Virus record (IMG/VR): IMGVR_UViG_3300038530_002083
Span: 29,582-93,581 of that record
DNA length: 64,000 nt
Reading direction: 5' to 3' (one strand)
Origin: a virus
Lineage: Duplodnaviria > Caudoviricetes
In this document: piece after piece, positions 40,932-52,514 of the stretch
How positions within the stretch are numbered: the first letter of the stretch is position 1
Layout of the letters: the number at the start of each line of letters is the position of its first letter
Position numbers and translations under genes: made by a program
The notes under the pieces: model-generated
What the model was told of the DNA's origin: nothing
The model's input: the letters and a program-made list of their open reading frames with translations, nothing else
Database searches by the model: none

Positions 40932-41567
40932 TGTCGTTTTTTGTCGCATTCTATGACAGTTCATTACCTATATACCTATTTAGGAAAACTATATAGGAAA
41001 ACAATCTATAGAGAACTGTATACTCGTATACTACTATGGCACATACCTTGCTAAGAGTATCCCTTATAATAGTTGGCATACTATATGCTATAGCATAGAA
41101 CGTGCCATTAATAATAATATGCATATAACATACCAATGGTATACCCCCCTCTAAAACGCTCTGTATAGCCCTGTATTGAGTTTTAGGTGCTACCCCTAGT
41201 GTTTATACCTCTTTTAAGAGATCTCTATAAATCGGGTTTTGATAGGAGAACTATAACTAAAAGTTCTATACAAAACGACACTATATGGCACACCTTTTGC
41301 TAGAACTCTGTCATAGAATACTTATGCAAGAATACTGAATAAAGATTCACTACTATAGAATGTCGTTTTTTGTCGGGTAATCTCTACACTCATTCCCTAT
41401 ATAAATACTATAGGAAAAGAACACTCTAAATAGACGACAAAAAACGACAAACGTGTCGTAAGAGTATCTATAAAGAATACCCCTAATTAGAGGATGTCGT
41501 TTTTTGTCGCTTTTTGTAATAACTCTTTCTCTATATAACAATATAGGAAAAGAACACTCTAAATAGA
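40932..41567. repeat. TGTCG-T6-GTCG repeats and linked ~75-bp unit
   Basis: Exact TGTCGTTTTTTGTCG at 40932, 41361, 41495 (+) and 41435-41449 (-); 26-bp TATAGGAAAAGAACACTCTAAATAGA at 41409 and 41542. Confidence 0.85.
41037..41301. promoter_or_regulatory. Cluster of five sigma54-like -24/-12 boxes
   Basis: TGGYA-N7-TGC at 41037(+), 41074(+), 41107(-), 41135(-), 41286(+). Confidence 0.65.
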
Positions 41568-41906
41568 ATAAGCTATAAGAGGCGCTGTATAGCATTCTAA
41601 GAGGTTTTATTTATTATAAGTACATTGGTATGTATTTGTAGAGTTCTATTCGTAGAATAAGGTAGGGGACTGATTTGGTTAACACTTCGTGTGAGAAAAC
41701 CCTCAATATATAGCTAGGGTATCATAGGGTAATTTATATAAAGAAACCTCTTTTATATATTAATAATTAACCCACTAACACAAAATAGAAGCCATTTATA
41801 GAGAGGGTTTACAAGGGAATCTTTTATAAGAAGTCTCTAATTAGAGGTATCTTTTATAGAAATCTTTTAACTTCGTTAAATAGGGTACTCCTTATTGCAA
41901 GGCAAT

Positions 41907-41940
41907 AAAAAAGCCCCTTATACAGGGGCTTACTTTTTTT
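41907..41940. terminator. Bidirectional terminator ending the leftward early operon
   Basis: A run-AAGCCCCT-tatac-AGGGGCTT-T run. Confidence 0.8.
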
Positions 41941-41954
41941 CTGAAGTCTGTTTA

Positions 41955-43585
41955 TTACTTCTTGTGTATGAAATAAAGATCCTCCTTGTTTTGTGTTAGA
42001 TCTTCTAAAATTGTTCTTAAAAGTTTCAATTGTTTTGTTGCCTTTGTTATACCCATAACCCCCGTAACGATCTGGCTTCCTAAATCTTTCGCCTCCTTCT
42101 CTATCAGATATCTGATACTGGCACTTTTGTTAACTATAACAATTGTAGAATCTCCTTTATAAGATAGAAAAACAATATTATTAGTCGTTTGTTTGATTGA
42201 TACTGCGTCAGTAACTTGAATTTCATTGTTCATGGTAATAGTTCTCATTTGAAAGTTAGTAATAACGGGAAAAGCCCTTACCAATTAAGATAGAGGCTTA
42301 TTGTTTAGATTGCAAGGCTTTTTAATAAATAATTTTAAAACTATTATACTTTTGTTCTTTCACTACCTTGTTACACTCTTTTATAAGTCTCTTTCTTATT
42401 TGTTCTTGTGTACTGTCATTGTTAGCCAATACTTTAAAATAAATGTTGCTTGGTAGATAACCATGCTTTTCAAAAGATACGCAATGCATAGAGTGCTTGT
42501 TAATGTTATTTCTTGCTTGGCTAATAGTGATCATATTCATTGTAGTATATCCTTAATTCTAGCCTCTATACGCCATTGTGAGACGTTTTAAGAGGGTATT
42601 AATACAATGTGTTAAGTTTAGGGTAAAAACGCTGTACAGTGTTATACAGCGCCTTTTGTGAATGGTTAATTCAATAACTCAAGCCTATTATTAATTGCAT
42701 AGCTTTCTAGCAAACTTTTTGCCGCGTCTAAAGATCTAGGTGATGAATCGAAGCATAAATCCGCATCAAAGTTACCCACATATTTATAACAAGAAACAAT
42801 GAAACCACCTGCTACAGAATGAAGCGCATAGAAGTGACCGCCTAAAGTTTTTGTAGTTTGGTTAAGTGTAACTAGTCGCATAACATTACCTTTTAAAATT
42901 TGAGCCGTTGCACCATTGCCCCGACTTCAGAAGTTAAACAGTGTTTAACCACTTGATAACTCACATATTAGATAAACAATGAAATCCTGTCAACAAGTTT
43001 TTATAATTTATTTACAGTTACCCTTTTTAAACCGTCCTTGTCTGTTTTTACTTGGTATTCATTCCCGTCAATAACATGACTTCCATCAGGCAACCCTACA
43101 CATAAACGCTTTATTAAATCGACTCGCATACCCTCTTTTAACACTATATCGTGCTTAAGATATACAGCTAAATCATTCAACGCCGTTTCAAAAGTGATTC
43201 TATTAAAACCTCGATCCCTTTCTTCGTTAATCTTATTGATTGTTGCTTGATGAGTGAACTTTTTAAATGTATCTGTTAGGAACATTGTTTACGCCTCGTT
43301 ATACAAAAAGTTTAAAAGTTGTTTTTCACCTTGTCTATTAAATAAACAACTAGCAGTTCCGATAATATTACAATTATTGTCTGAATCGATAGATCTTCTT
43401 GTATAGTCAAAGCTTGACTTGTTCAACCTGTCAAAGCTTACTTGTAAAAAGTCATCGCCAACAAACAACCAAAAGAGATGGTCATATTTCAAACATTCTA
43501 TTTTATCAATTTTTAAAGTTTTTAAAAATGCCGTTAATTGTGCAGATGTTTTTATTTCTCGTACTTTTTCAGATAATAAGCTCAT
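41955..43585 (-). other. Cluster of small early genes (41955-42233, 42322-42540, 42666-42881, 43001-43285, 43289-43585)
   Basis: Short ORFs, mostly with their own RBS and sigma70 promoter. Confidence 0.7.
42965..42993 (-). promoter_or_regulatory. Strong early sigma70 promoter
   Basis: AAAACTTG-TTGACA-17-TAATAT; same type at 44364-44391, ~44816-44844, ~45708-45737. Confidence 0.75.
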
Positions 43586-43911
43586 ATTTTCACCATTGTT
43601 TTAATGTGACGTTTAAAGAATCTTAATTATAAGCTATCAACTTTTAATCTGTAAATAGCTTATTGTTAAAAACCTTCAAAAGTTATCGGATATTAATCGC
43701 CCATTTACCATTACTGTCTTTTTGAGATGGGGCTTTCTTATTGCTAGCTTTTGCCATGGTTCGCGCTTGTTTTCTTGTTTTAAAGTACATTTTCATTGGT
43801 TACACCTCATATCTGTTAAATTTGGATTGACGTTGCTTCCTAGCTTGCTTAATCTGTTTACGTTCACTTTTTGACAGTTTACTTTGATTGTCGCGATCAT
43901 AACTTTTTGAA

Positions 43912-44322
43912 TTATACATTTTCGTTTTCCTCTTCTAATTGTTCGATCTCTTCTTGAATTTCTTCGAGTTCATTTCCCAGAGATTCTATATTATTTTCAA
44001 TCTCTTCTTTTTGTTCGACTAAATCATTATATTCTTCTAATGATTCAAAATCAAAGCTATCAACAAAATCATTGTATCCGCAACGATAAGCAACGGGATC
44101 GTTCTCTTTTAATAGTTCACTAGGACAAGGCAGAGACACAAAAGAGACCTGATCAACCTCATCTTGATAAATTTCGTCTAACATTTCGTCATATTGATCG
44201 TGAATGTCGGGTTCAAAATTATCAATATCTTTTTCTATATCTAACAATTTTTCATTTTCAATATCAATTTTCAATGTTACGTCATTAAGTCTGTTTTCAA
44301 GGTCAAGTAATAAAGTATTCAT
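43912..44322 (-). CDS. Highly acidic early protein
   Basis: YDEMLDE..PSELLKE.DPVAYRCGYNDF core flanked by acidic coiled coils. Confidence 0.7.
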   Translation of the reverse strand: MNTLLLDLENRLNDVTLKIDIENEKLLDIEKDIDNFEPDIHDQYDEMLDEIYQDEVDQVSFVSLPCPSELLKENDPVAYRCGYNDFVDSFDFESLEEYNDLVEQKEEIENNIESLGNELEEIQEEIEQLEEENENV

Positions 44323-44404
44323 TTTTTCACCTTTTAAAAGTGGTTTTGTTAAAAGACACGTTAATTATATATGATGTTTTTAACGTGTCAACTGTTTTTA
44401 TTAA

Positions 44405-44761
44405 TTATTTTTCTTCAGTTTCTTTTTCTTCTAAGTATTCTACCCAATGATCCGTTACTTCAGACATTACTTGTTCGCCTAAAATGTAAACATACATATT
44501 TACAACTTTTTCACTTGATGAAAAATCAGTGTGAACTTCTCCAAAATTGTCTTGTTCATATTCGCGGATTGTTTCAATCGCTTCAAAAGGTGAAACATTG
44601 TGCTTTTTAAGCCATTCCTCACACTGATAGTAACCTACTATATAATAGCCTTCGTTAAAAGCGTGAAAATGCCAGTCATCCACATTATCAAGGTTTAAAA
44701 CCCCATCGTTTACCATATCTTCAATGTGTGAACGTAGTTCAGATTCGATTGAATGTTGCAT
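44405..44761 (-). CDS. Acidic early protein, Ocr-like DNA mimic candidate
   Basis: 118 aa, D/E-rich, EYLEE acidic tail resembling T7 gp0.3. Confidence 0.5.
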   Translation of the reverse strand: MQHSIESELRSHIEDMVNDGVLNLDNVDDWHFHAFNEGYYIVGYYQCEEWLKKHNVSPFEAIETIREYEQDNFGEVHTDFSSSEKVVNMYVYILGEQVMSEVTDHWVEYLEEKETEEK

Positions 44762-44856
44762 AACTTATTTACCTTTTTAAAATTTACTTGGTTAGTCATC
44801 TTGGTTGACAGTGATAGTATTAATCAAAGTTTTATCATTGTCAACAAGTTTTTTCA

Positions 44857-45150
44857 TTAATATTCGAAAAAGTTTTGTTTTTCCTCTTCAGTCATTAATT
44901 CTTCACAATATGCAAATAGATCACCATTGAGCCATAGTTGCCATTTATCTCCATTTTCATCTATAAAAAACGCATCATTTTCCACATTGTTCCAGCTTTC
45001 CCAATACCATTCATTGCACTCATCTCTCAATTCATCTATATCGATTTGCTCTACACCTTGCCAACCTTTATCAACCAAACGATTGATCATAATTTTAGGT
45101 ATATACTGACCATGGTGAGAATCACATAAAATTTGGATACCTTTTGACAT
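44857..45150 (-). CDS. Acidic early hypothetical protein
   Basis: D..HG.YIP..EWYWESW..W.L..GDLF. Confidence 0.65.
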   Translation of the reverse strand: MSKGIQILCDSHHGQYIPKIMINRLVDKGWQGVEQIDIDELRDECNEWYWESWNNVENDAFFIDENGDKWQLWLNGDLFAYCEELMTEEEKQNFFEY

Positions 45151-45258
45151 AACTTGTTTACCTTTTATAAATTAACTAAACTTAAATGAAGAGTGATAAC
45201 CATACCACAAATAAAACCAATGTAAAGCAGTATGTTTAAGAATTTTTCAAGTCTCATC

Positions 45259-45663
45259 TTAACACGCATCCCATTCAATGTGATCCCATTGGTCACAATA
45301 GAACAAACGAAAAGGTTTTAATACTTTCTTATCAACCAATAAATCTAATAATTGATCCAGTTGTTTAGTGTTTTTATTTTCCCAAAAACCCACACCATGC
45401 CCTAACATTTGTAAGGCTAGGTCATGCCCAGATTCTTCAGCACCATGGTCAAGTAGTTCCTCTAATAAATGATGATCAGCTAAACAAAACATATAAAACG
45501 TTCTACAAACACTTTCTATTTTACCTTTTGCATTATAGCTTACACTTTTATCAGTGTATTGATCGAGTTGTTCCTCTTGCCAGATAATTGCATTAGTAAA
45601 GCCTTTCACTAATTGTTGTAATGTAGTGGTATCGAATTTTTGACGCATTGAAAAGAAAACCAT
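45259..45663 (-). CDS. Early hypothetical protein
   Basis: GHDL.L...GHGVGFW motif. Confidence 0.65.
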   Translation of the reverse strand: MVFFSMRQKFDTTTLQQLVKGFTNAIIWQEEQLDQYTDKSVSYNAKGKIESVCRTFYMFCLADHHLLEELLDHGAEESGHDLALQMLGHGVGFWENKNTKQLDQLLDLLVDKKVLKPFRLFYCDQWDHIEWDAC

Positions 45664-45858
45664 AATTTTAAACCTTGTTGTTTGTTGTGTCTGTATTGAC
45701 GGTGTAAAGACTAGCAAAAGGTTTTATTAATTGTCAAACTTTTTCTTTATACTTTATAGTTCTAAGAATATTCATTTTTGTTCTTTACAATACACTATAT
45801 AACTGTATACTTAGCATTGTTCGAGGCAATAACGCCACAATATGAAAAGGTAAATAAT

Positions 45859-46107
45859 ATGAAAGATAGATTTTTTAGAGTTCATTTTGTTGGCTCTAAC
45901 GTCAACAACGGACACGATAAAATGGATTTACAAGTTAATGATCAATTAGATTTTCTGCACATTATGGATATAGTTGAAAGTAGTTATTTTAATTTTCAAG
46001 GTGGTGAGTGTAGCATTTATAAAGGTAATGACGGTTTTATTATAGAACTGGAATGCCACTTGCTACATGAGTATAAGATCGTTTTTGTAGAACTCGAAAA
46101 TTATTAA
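45859..46107 (+). CDS. Hypothetical protein, divergent
   Basis: AAAAGG RBS, followed by hairpin at ~46123-46150. Confidence 0.55.
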   Translation: MKDRFFRVHFVGSNVNNGHDKMDLQVNDQLDFLHIMDIVESSYFNFQGGECSIYKGNDGFIIELECHLLHEYKIVFVELENY

Positions 46108-47977
46108 TAAAAAAACTTTTAAAAAACCCTTGCATTATTGTGAGGGCTTTACTATAATAAACTTACAAATTGAGAAAAACAACGCCATAGGTACTGACGC
46201 GGTACGAAATAAACACCACCCCTGTCCGATATAAAATCACTTCATTCAAGTTCTATGCCAAACTGTCATCCTACCAGTTAATTTAAAGATTACAAATGTA
46301 ATTAATACCAGACGATATTTATAGCATAACTTTAGTAGAAATTTCTTGTTAATCAAATTTCTGTCTAGTCCTCAGTGAAAAATCTGTCTAGTTCTAATAA
46401 AGAAAAACCCCACCAATTAAAACACTGGCAGGGTCAAATTATTATCAAGTTGTAATCTTCTCTGTAACGTCCTATAACAGTATTTCTCTCTAGACTTGAG
46501 CCATCGTACTACTTCTAATAGATATCCTCTCAGGGACGTTTACAGAGAGTTATTTAGCATGTTTCATAGAACCCTTTATCTTCTAATGGTCTCTTAACCA
46601 CTTTAGGTGTGAAAGTTAAACCATGTCCATAACTTCTATAGTAGTATACCACTCCGTTAACACATACTTCTTCTAATCTGTGTGAATAGTCAGGCATACC
46701 TTGTTCAGGTGGTGGGATTTTTTCTGTCTTTTGTACCTCACAGTCTGTAATAAAAACTACACCTAAAACTAATAGCATTATTTTAATCATTATCTTCTCC
46801 TTCAATTAATTCTTTATACTGATTCAAAAATTGTTCTACACCTTCGAAATGTAGAGATGTACCAGTATACACACTGTTATAGTAAAGTCTAACAATTTCT
46901 TTTTCGGGTATATGTTCAAAAGAAGTAAACCTTGTTGTAGCGTACCCTACTATCAGAAATAATTCATCTTGAAAGGTGGTACATCTAGCTATTTTCACTT
47001 TGCTAGCTCCTCTATTAATGCATCTGCATGAGATACGGCTATTTTTGCCAACTCCTTAGCGCTACTTATCTCTAAATAATCATCAGAGGATATTAACCCT
47101 TGCATAGCTTCACCTGCAAAGTATTCTCGTTTGGTTAATCCCCCTACGGGTATTCTATCTTCTAAACAGCTTGAGTTTTTTACAATTTTGTATGTAGGGT
47201 ATATACTTTGTTTCACAATTCAACCTCCTTTGTAGATTTATTTACCACTAAGCGCACTTTACTACCGATGATGTACTTAACAGATTAGACTCGTTAGATT
47301 ATGTCGTATTGCTCATGCAGTTCGAGCATATATTTCACCATAGACTGTGAACCTTCATAGTCCTGACATAAATCCCAAGCCTCAGCCTTACTTATCGTCA
47401 GCTTGATGGGTTTTAAGTTCTTAGCCTTGCAAACGTAATACTCTCCGTTTTCATCCTCTATTACTATTTGTCCTTTTGAATCTTCAAAGCCAACTTTTAC
47501 CCTGCATGGCTCATTACACCAAGTATGCGTCCACTTCTCGCCCTCTTGCTCTTTCACGTAAGCTTCGAATTCTGCGCGGGTGCAGACTTGGTAGAAATAC
47601 GACGAATCAAAATGACAACCACCAGCGTAATATTCACCAACCTCACTCCCGCATTCGTCCCCCTTCGTGCAGTAAATAATAACTTGCTCATCGTATGGAG
47701 GAGGATTACCCACAATTGGGTTTGGCCATATTCCATCAAAATACTCCACCGCATCCGCAACGGTTTTTGTTTGTGGTAATCGACTATAAAAATCTTCCAA
47801 GTTAGCAATGTAGCTATAATCGGCTCTCAACCAATCCGCGAAGTAATCAACCGCCGCCTTTGCGTTATCATTCCATTTCACATCAATCATTTGTTTTGTT
47901 CTCCTAGACTAATAAATTTTAACTGCATTTTTAACATAGTAAGCTTACGTTTTCTTTCCCACTCAAATTCTCTCATT

Positions 47978-48274
47978 TTATTCATACTCCCATACTTTAC
48001 CTTGGAATGCAAATCTTTTAACTGTCTCTAAATTAAGCGTAGCTCTAGGACGTTTCTCGTGAGGAACATAAATACTAACAAGGTTAGGATGCACTTCTAC
48101 TGTATTGTCTCCTCCTACAGAATCTTTAGTAACATTAACTCTAGCACCTTTGTACTCGCGTAATGAACCATCTTTCTTTACAAAAGTAGCACTAAATATC
48201 TTACCTTTAGTAAATTCCTTAAACTCTTGATTAGTCATCTTACGAATATCTAATTGGGTATTCATTACTAACAA
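47978..48274 (-). CDS. WYL_2/SH3-fold-like small protein
   Basis: FSATFVKKDGSLR motif. Confidence 0.55.
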   Translation of the reverse strand: MLVMNTQLDIRKMTNQEFKEFTKGKIFSATFVKKDGSLREYKGARVNVTKDSVGGDNTVEVHPNLVSIYVPHEKRPRATLNLETVKRFAFQGKVWEYE

Positions 48275-49420
48275 TCTCCTAAACTAACTTCGCCATCAAC
48301 TATCTGAATAAAACTTTGATCTGGGAAATAATACCAAGACCCTGCATCGCTTATATACTCTTCGTTACTAAGGATTCCCGCTTTAAACTTAATATCATCT
48401 ATGTGTGTGCTATTAAGAATTATTTGTTTAGCTATGTCCATTTTATTCACAATCCTCAAACATTCTTTCAATCTGGCGTTCTAATTTTTCTGCTTCGTAC
48501 TTACTTTCAATATCGTAGAAAGAAATCGTAGATGAATCTATATCCCCTCCCATAGGTAGTTCATCCCAATGACGTTCTTCAATTTCAAAACCATCTGGTA
48601 TATCAACAGTAACTGTATAGGTAGTAATGATCATAATGTTTATCTCCTCTGTTTCGATACGATAAGTATTACAAAGATAGTTTACCTTGTAAAGGTTTTA
48701 TTTAATATTCCACGGACATACTAGGTCTTCTACGTCAACATCTATAACCTCTCCTTGATACAATAAGGCAATATTATCTCGTCCATAAGACCTTGCGTTA
48801 TTTCTAACTACCTCACATAGTGTATTTTTGTATAATACTTTTTTATATAAGACTTGCCCTGCATAATTAACTGTATAACCATCCCCCAGTTCTTCATCTA
48901 TAGTGTCAAGTATTGAGATATTTAACTCATCTTCTTCTTGCAAAGATAAGATATACTTTCTTACGGCCTTAGCAAGATTTAAACTAACCCACTCAAATTT
49001 TTCATCAGACTTACGTGCAGGTTGATAGCTAATTGCTACAAAAGTATCATCATAGAAATAAGCACGTATTCCTACCCACGTATCTGTACATAAATGATAT
49101 GATACCCAATAACACCTCAGTCGAACATTATTTTCTTTTTGAGAAATATAATAACTACCATCTATCCCAAGGTCTTCACCTATGTTATCCAAATTATACA
49201 GCATACATTCTTCATTTTCGGGAGACTTGTCTAGTGAGTCGATAATGTCTATAAGTTTCATGTCAGTAGAACCTTCTTTTGTTAAGTTGAATTAACAATA
49301 CCCTTTATATTATGTTTTGTCAAACCTTTTTTATAAATAAATTCAAAATAATTTCTAGCTCCTGTAAAGCCCTAGGAGAAGGGATAATTATAAGGAGTAC
49401 GATTGTATAAGGTAGATAAT

Positions 49421-49451
49421 AAAAAAAAAGCCCTCAGATTGCTCTGAGGGC
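49421..49451 (-). terminator. Rho-independent terminator
   Basis: GCCCTCAGA-ttgc-TCTGAGGGC with A9 (U9 on - strand). Confidence 0.8.
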
Positions 49452-50503
49452 GTTATACGAGGTTCTAATTGTCTTTATATATCTTGTACCCTTGGTATAA
49501 AGTTTCTCCTATAGAGAATAATACTAATATTACGCCGAAAGTAAGACACACTAACATTAAATAGAAAGCAGGATGAGATGTTACGTAGTGTACACCTTCC
49601 ATTATACACTTTTACGTAGTTTATCTGCTTGCTTCTCTAACCTTATATACATTTTCTGGCACTCATCAAGGAATAATTCATATTCCTTTTCGGTGACTTG
49701 TTCCTCATGGAAGTTAGACCAATCAAAAGTATCTAAATATGCAGCGGCTGTGGTTAATGCGTTTATTCTCGCCTGTCTTCTTTCGTCACTTAGCATCACT
49801 CTTGCTCCTTGCGTAGTTGGTCTTTAACTGATTCAACTTCATATGTCTCAAAACGCCACAAGCATTTTTCTCCCATTTTTATTGAGGGTGCTATAGAATT
49901 TAATAGGTAATCAATGCCTTCAAGCTTCTTCTCTGTGGCGAATTTGTTTAGTGCTTTCTTTACGTACCTTTTCCACCATTCTTTATCAGAAACCCCATGT
50001 TCGTCTTTTGGGCAAGTTTGCATCTCTGACAGCAAGGCTTTAAAAACAATATCGCTTTCCCATACAGCATTGTCTTTTTCTTTTTTCCACTTATGGAAAA
50101 GATTGCGTAATCGGGCAACTTCTTTTTCAGAACTATCCGCACGCTCATTAGCTTTTGCTAGTTGTTCACGAAGATTAGTTATTTCAGGATCTTCTACCAA
50201 TTCCCACATAGAAGAGATAAGATTTACTACAGAACCTTTCTCTCCCTCTTCCCATCCTGTATTTGTATCTGCTGTTAGGCATTCATAAGAACCAGCTTTT
50301 ATTCTTAAATAAACCCTTCCATCTAAGTCACTGTATAGATATTTACCATCTTTCATCTTAACTCCTCTTACTTAAAATAAAGTTGTGTACCTGTCTAATA
50401 CACAACAGTCATTATACATAGAAATAAAGCAAAAGCAATCCCTATAATAAACCCTTTATACCAACCTCTCCTATAACCCCTCCAATAAGGAGAGACCCTA
50501 TCT

Positions 50504-51628
50504 TCAATCATTTTCTTTAGCAGCGTCATACCCTGCTTTAAATGTCGTGAAATCAGTCTGTTCTGGGTCATAACCGTTATTAGAACAGTATTCTTCAAAC
50601 AATAACTCTACTTCTGATTTCTCTGGCACTAACTCAACTCGAACTTCGATAGATTCATCATAAAGGATGTCACCGAAGTCTGATTGAAAGCTTTCTAAAG
50701 GATACCATTCAACGTCGTACCACTCTAATTCTTTTCCATCAGCAAGTGCTAATAGACGGTCTTTAACACTAAGATTATCTGTAGTGTCAGTTTCAGTGGT
50801 ATCTTCTTCTACAGACTCATTAGATTCTTGTGATAATGTATCAAGATAATTAAGAAATTCCTCTGTAATATCTTTAATATTACCATCGCCGGAAGAATCG
50901 AAGGAACTTGATACATTCCAGTTTATTAACGTTCCATCTTCATTATCGACACCGTAGTAATCCCATTCTCTACTAGGTTCTTCTGAACCTGAATCCTTCA
51001 AGGAAACACCATTTTGTTTTTCAAACAGTAGTAGGAATCTATTAAGTCCTTCTGATGTAAAGCGCGAAGTTTCAATGTAATTACCTTTTTCAATTTTCAT
51101 AGTGGTTTCCTTCTTTTCTGATTTATCTTCCTCTTTATTATCTAAAGAACTAAGATAATTTCGGAATTCCTCTGATACATCCTTACCGCCATTATTTTTA
51201 TACCATAAGTCGTAGAACATAGTGTGTCCGTTATTATCTACACCATAATGCAGATAGTTTGTTTGATAGTGGTAATCAACTCCTTCTAGAATAAAATACC
51301 CTTGCTCTTTTAGAAGTCCTTCTAAGATAAGTAACTCCTCTAGAGTGAACCTTTTTGTATCAACATAGTCCATTTTTTCAAGTTTCATAGATTTATCGTT
51401 CTCTTCAGTATCCACTTTATAAGCTTTTAGATCGCTCCAATAAGTATAACCTGTTTCTTCAGTAGAATCTTCTCTAAATTCAGGACAACGACTTTCATCA
51501 TCCCAGTGAAGGGTTAACATTTCTCCTTCAGAAAAAACCTCATGGTCTCCTTTTTCTCCACAATATACAAACTTATCCCCTTCTCTATACTGATTACTAT
51601 TAGTCCCATCTTTCAATACATATGACAT
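50504..51628 (-). CDS. Modular acidic protein with internal duplication
   Basis: Two copies of MK.EK..Y..T.RFT.E.L...YGVDN..KD..EEF.NYL..L. Confidence 0.7.
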   Translation of the reverse strand: MSYVLKDGTNSNQYREGDKFVYCGEKGDHEVFSEGEMLTLHWDDESRCPEFREDSTEETGYTYWSDLKAYKVDTEENDKSMKLEKMDYVDTKRFTLEELLILEGLLKEQGYFILEGVDYHYQTNYLHYGVDNNGHTMFYDLWYKNNGGKDVSEEFRNYLSSLDNKEEDKSEKKETTMKIEKGNYIETSRFTSEGLNRFLLLFEKQNGVSLKDSGSEEPSREWDYYGVDNEDGTLINWNVSSSFDSSGDGNIKDITEEFLNYLDTLSQESNESVEEDTTETDTTDNLSVKDRLLALADGKELEWYDVEWYPLESFQSDFGDILYDESIEVRVELVPEKSEVELLFEEYCSNNGYDPEQTDFTTFKAGYDAAKEND

Positions 51629-51696
51629 GAAATCTCTCCTCTTGTGATTATTTTTTGTAACATTTGTTACTGTGATTAGAATATAACACTGATAAA

Positions 51697-52443
51697 CTAA
51701 AGCTGCAAGGTTTTTCTTAAATTATTTGCCTGTTCTTGTAGTTTACTAATCTGTTCTTGTAGATTGTCATATTCTAAACGTGCTTGTTTCTTAGATTCGT
51801 CTTCTCGTGACCAGATTAAGTTTGATTCTGTATAGTAACGACTGTCCAAAACATTCATAGGATACGGTAAAGTATACACATATTCTACTATATCTAGTCT
51901 ATCATCCCAAGCATCACCTTGCAAGTAAGAGAAAGCAACATTACCTTTCCATTCTACCACTAAAGCTATCCCATGTTCAGTTTTAACAGCATGTTTACCT
52001 GCTTCTAATTTAGGCATTTCATTATTATCTTGTTTCATGTCAATCTCCTTCTCATTTACATCTACTATTGTTGTGTATTTGTTTAATTCGTAATCGGTAA
52101 TACTAATTTTATTTTCGTAGTCATTAACCCAATACACTTTATAGCCTACAAGGTAATAGACCTTTTTATCATCTTTATACGTAAACAATGCACCTTCCAA
52201 GTTTTCTGTCAAAATTTGTAGGTAGTGAACTTGTTCTTCTGGACTCTCTGTAAAAGTAGATTCTAACTTCCCATAAGCTATATTACCTTCTGGTGTAGTA
52301 TATAGATAAGGTCTCTCTTTTTCATCGACCACCTTACCACAATCATACCAGCTAAAACCCATCTCAAATAACTTATTCTGAACCATCTCACTAATTTTAG
52401 GTGTCGGTACGTGTACTTTAATATGCTTAAATTGTTCATTCAT
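51697..52443 (-). CDS. Modular hypothetical protein
   Basis: Own promoter (52479-52507); C-terminal W.RE plus coiled coil. Confidence 0.7.
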   Translation of the reverse strand: MNEQFKHIKVHVPTPKISEMVQNKLFEMGFSWYDCGKVVDEKERPYLYTTPEGNIAYGKLESTFTESPEEQVHYLQILTENLEGALFTYKDDKKVYYLVGYKVYWVNDYENKISITDYELNKYTTIVDVNEKEIDMKQDNNEMPKLEAGKHAVKTEHGIALVVEWKGNVAFSYLQGDAWDDRLDIVEYVYTLPYPMNVLDSRYYTESNLIWSREDESKKQARLEYDNLQEQISKLQEQANNLRKTLQL

Positions 52444-52514
52444 AATTTATTTCCTCTTGAGGTTTCCAATGTTATTGAATCTTAATACGCTATGTTCCCT
52501 GTGTCAACAAGTTT

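Larger units (their letters stand above)
46554..50356 (-). other. Run of small leftward hypothetical genes
   Basis: Tightly packed ORFs with GGAG RBSs (e.g. 46995-47216 GLTKREYFA..AMQG type, 47294-47890, 48698-49261, 49796-50356). Confidence 0.7.

Noticed and set aside
40280-41950. Possible CRISPR array or coding ORFs (40951-41136, 41353-41595)
   Set aside because: Repeats are irregularly spaced and in mixed orientation with no unique-spacer periodicity; ORFs lack RBSs and run through the repeat motifs
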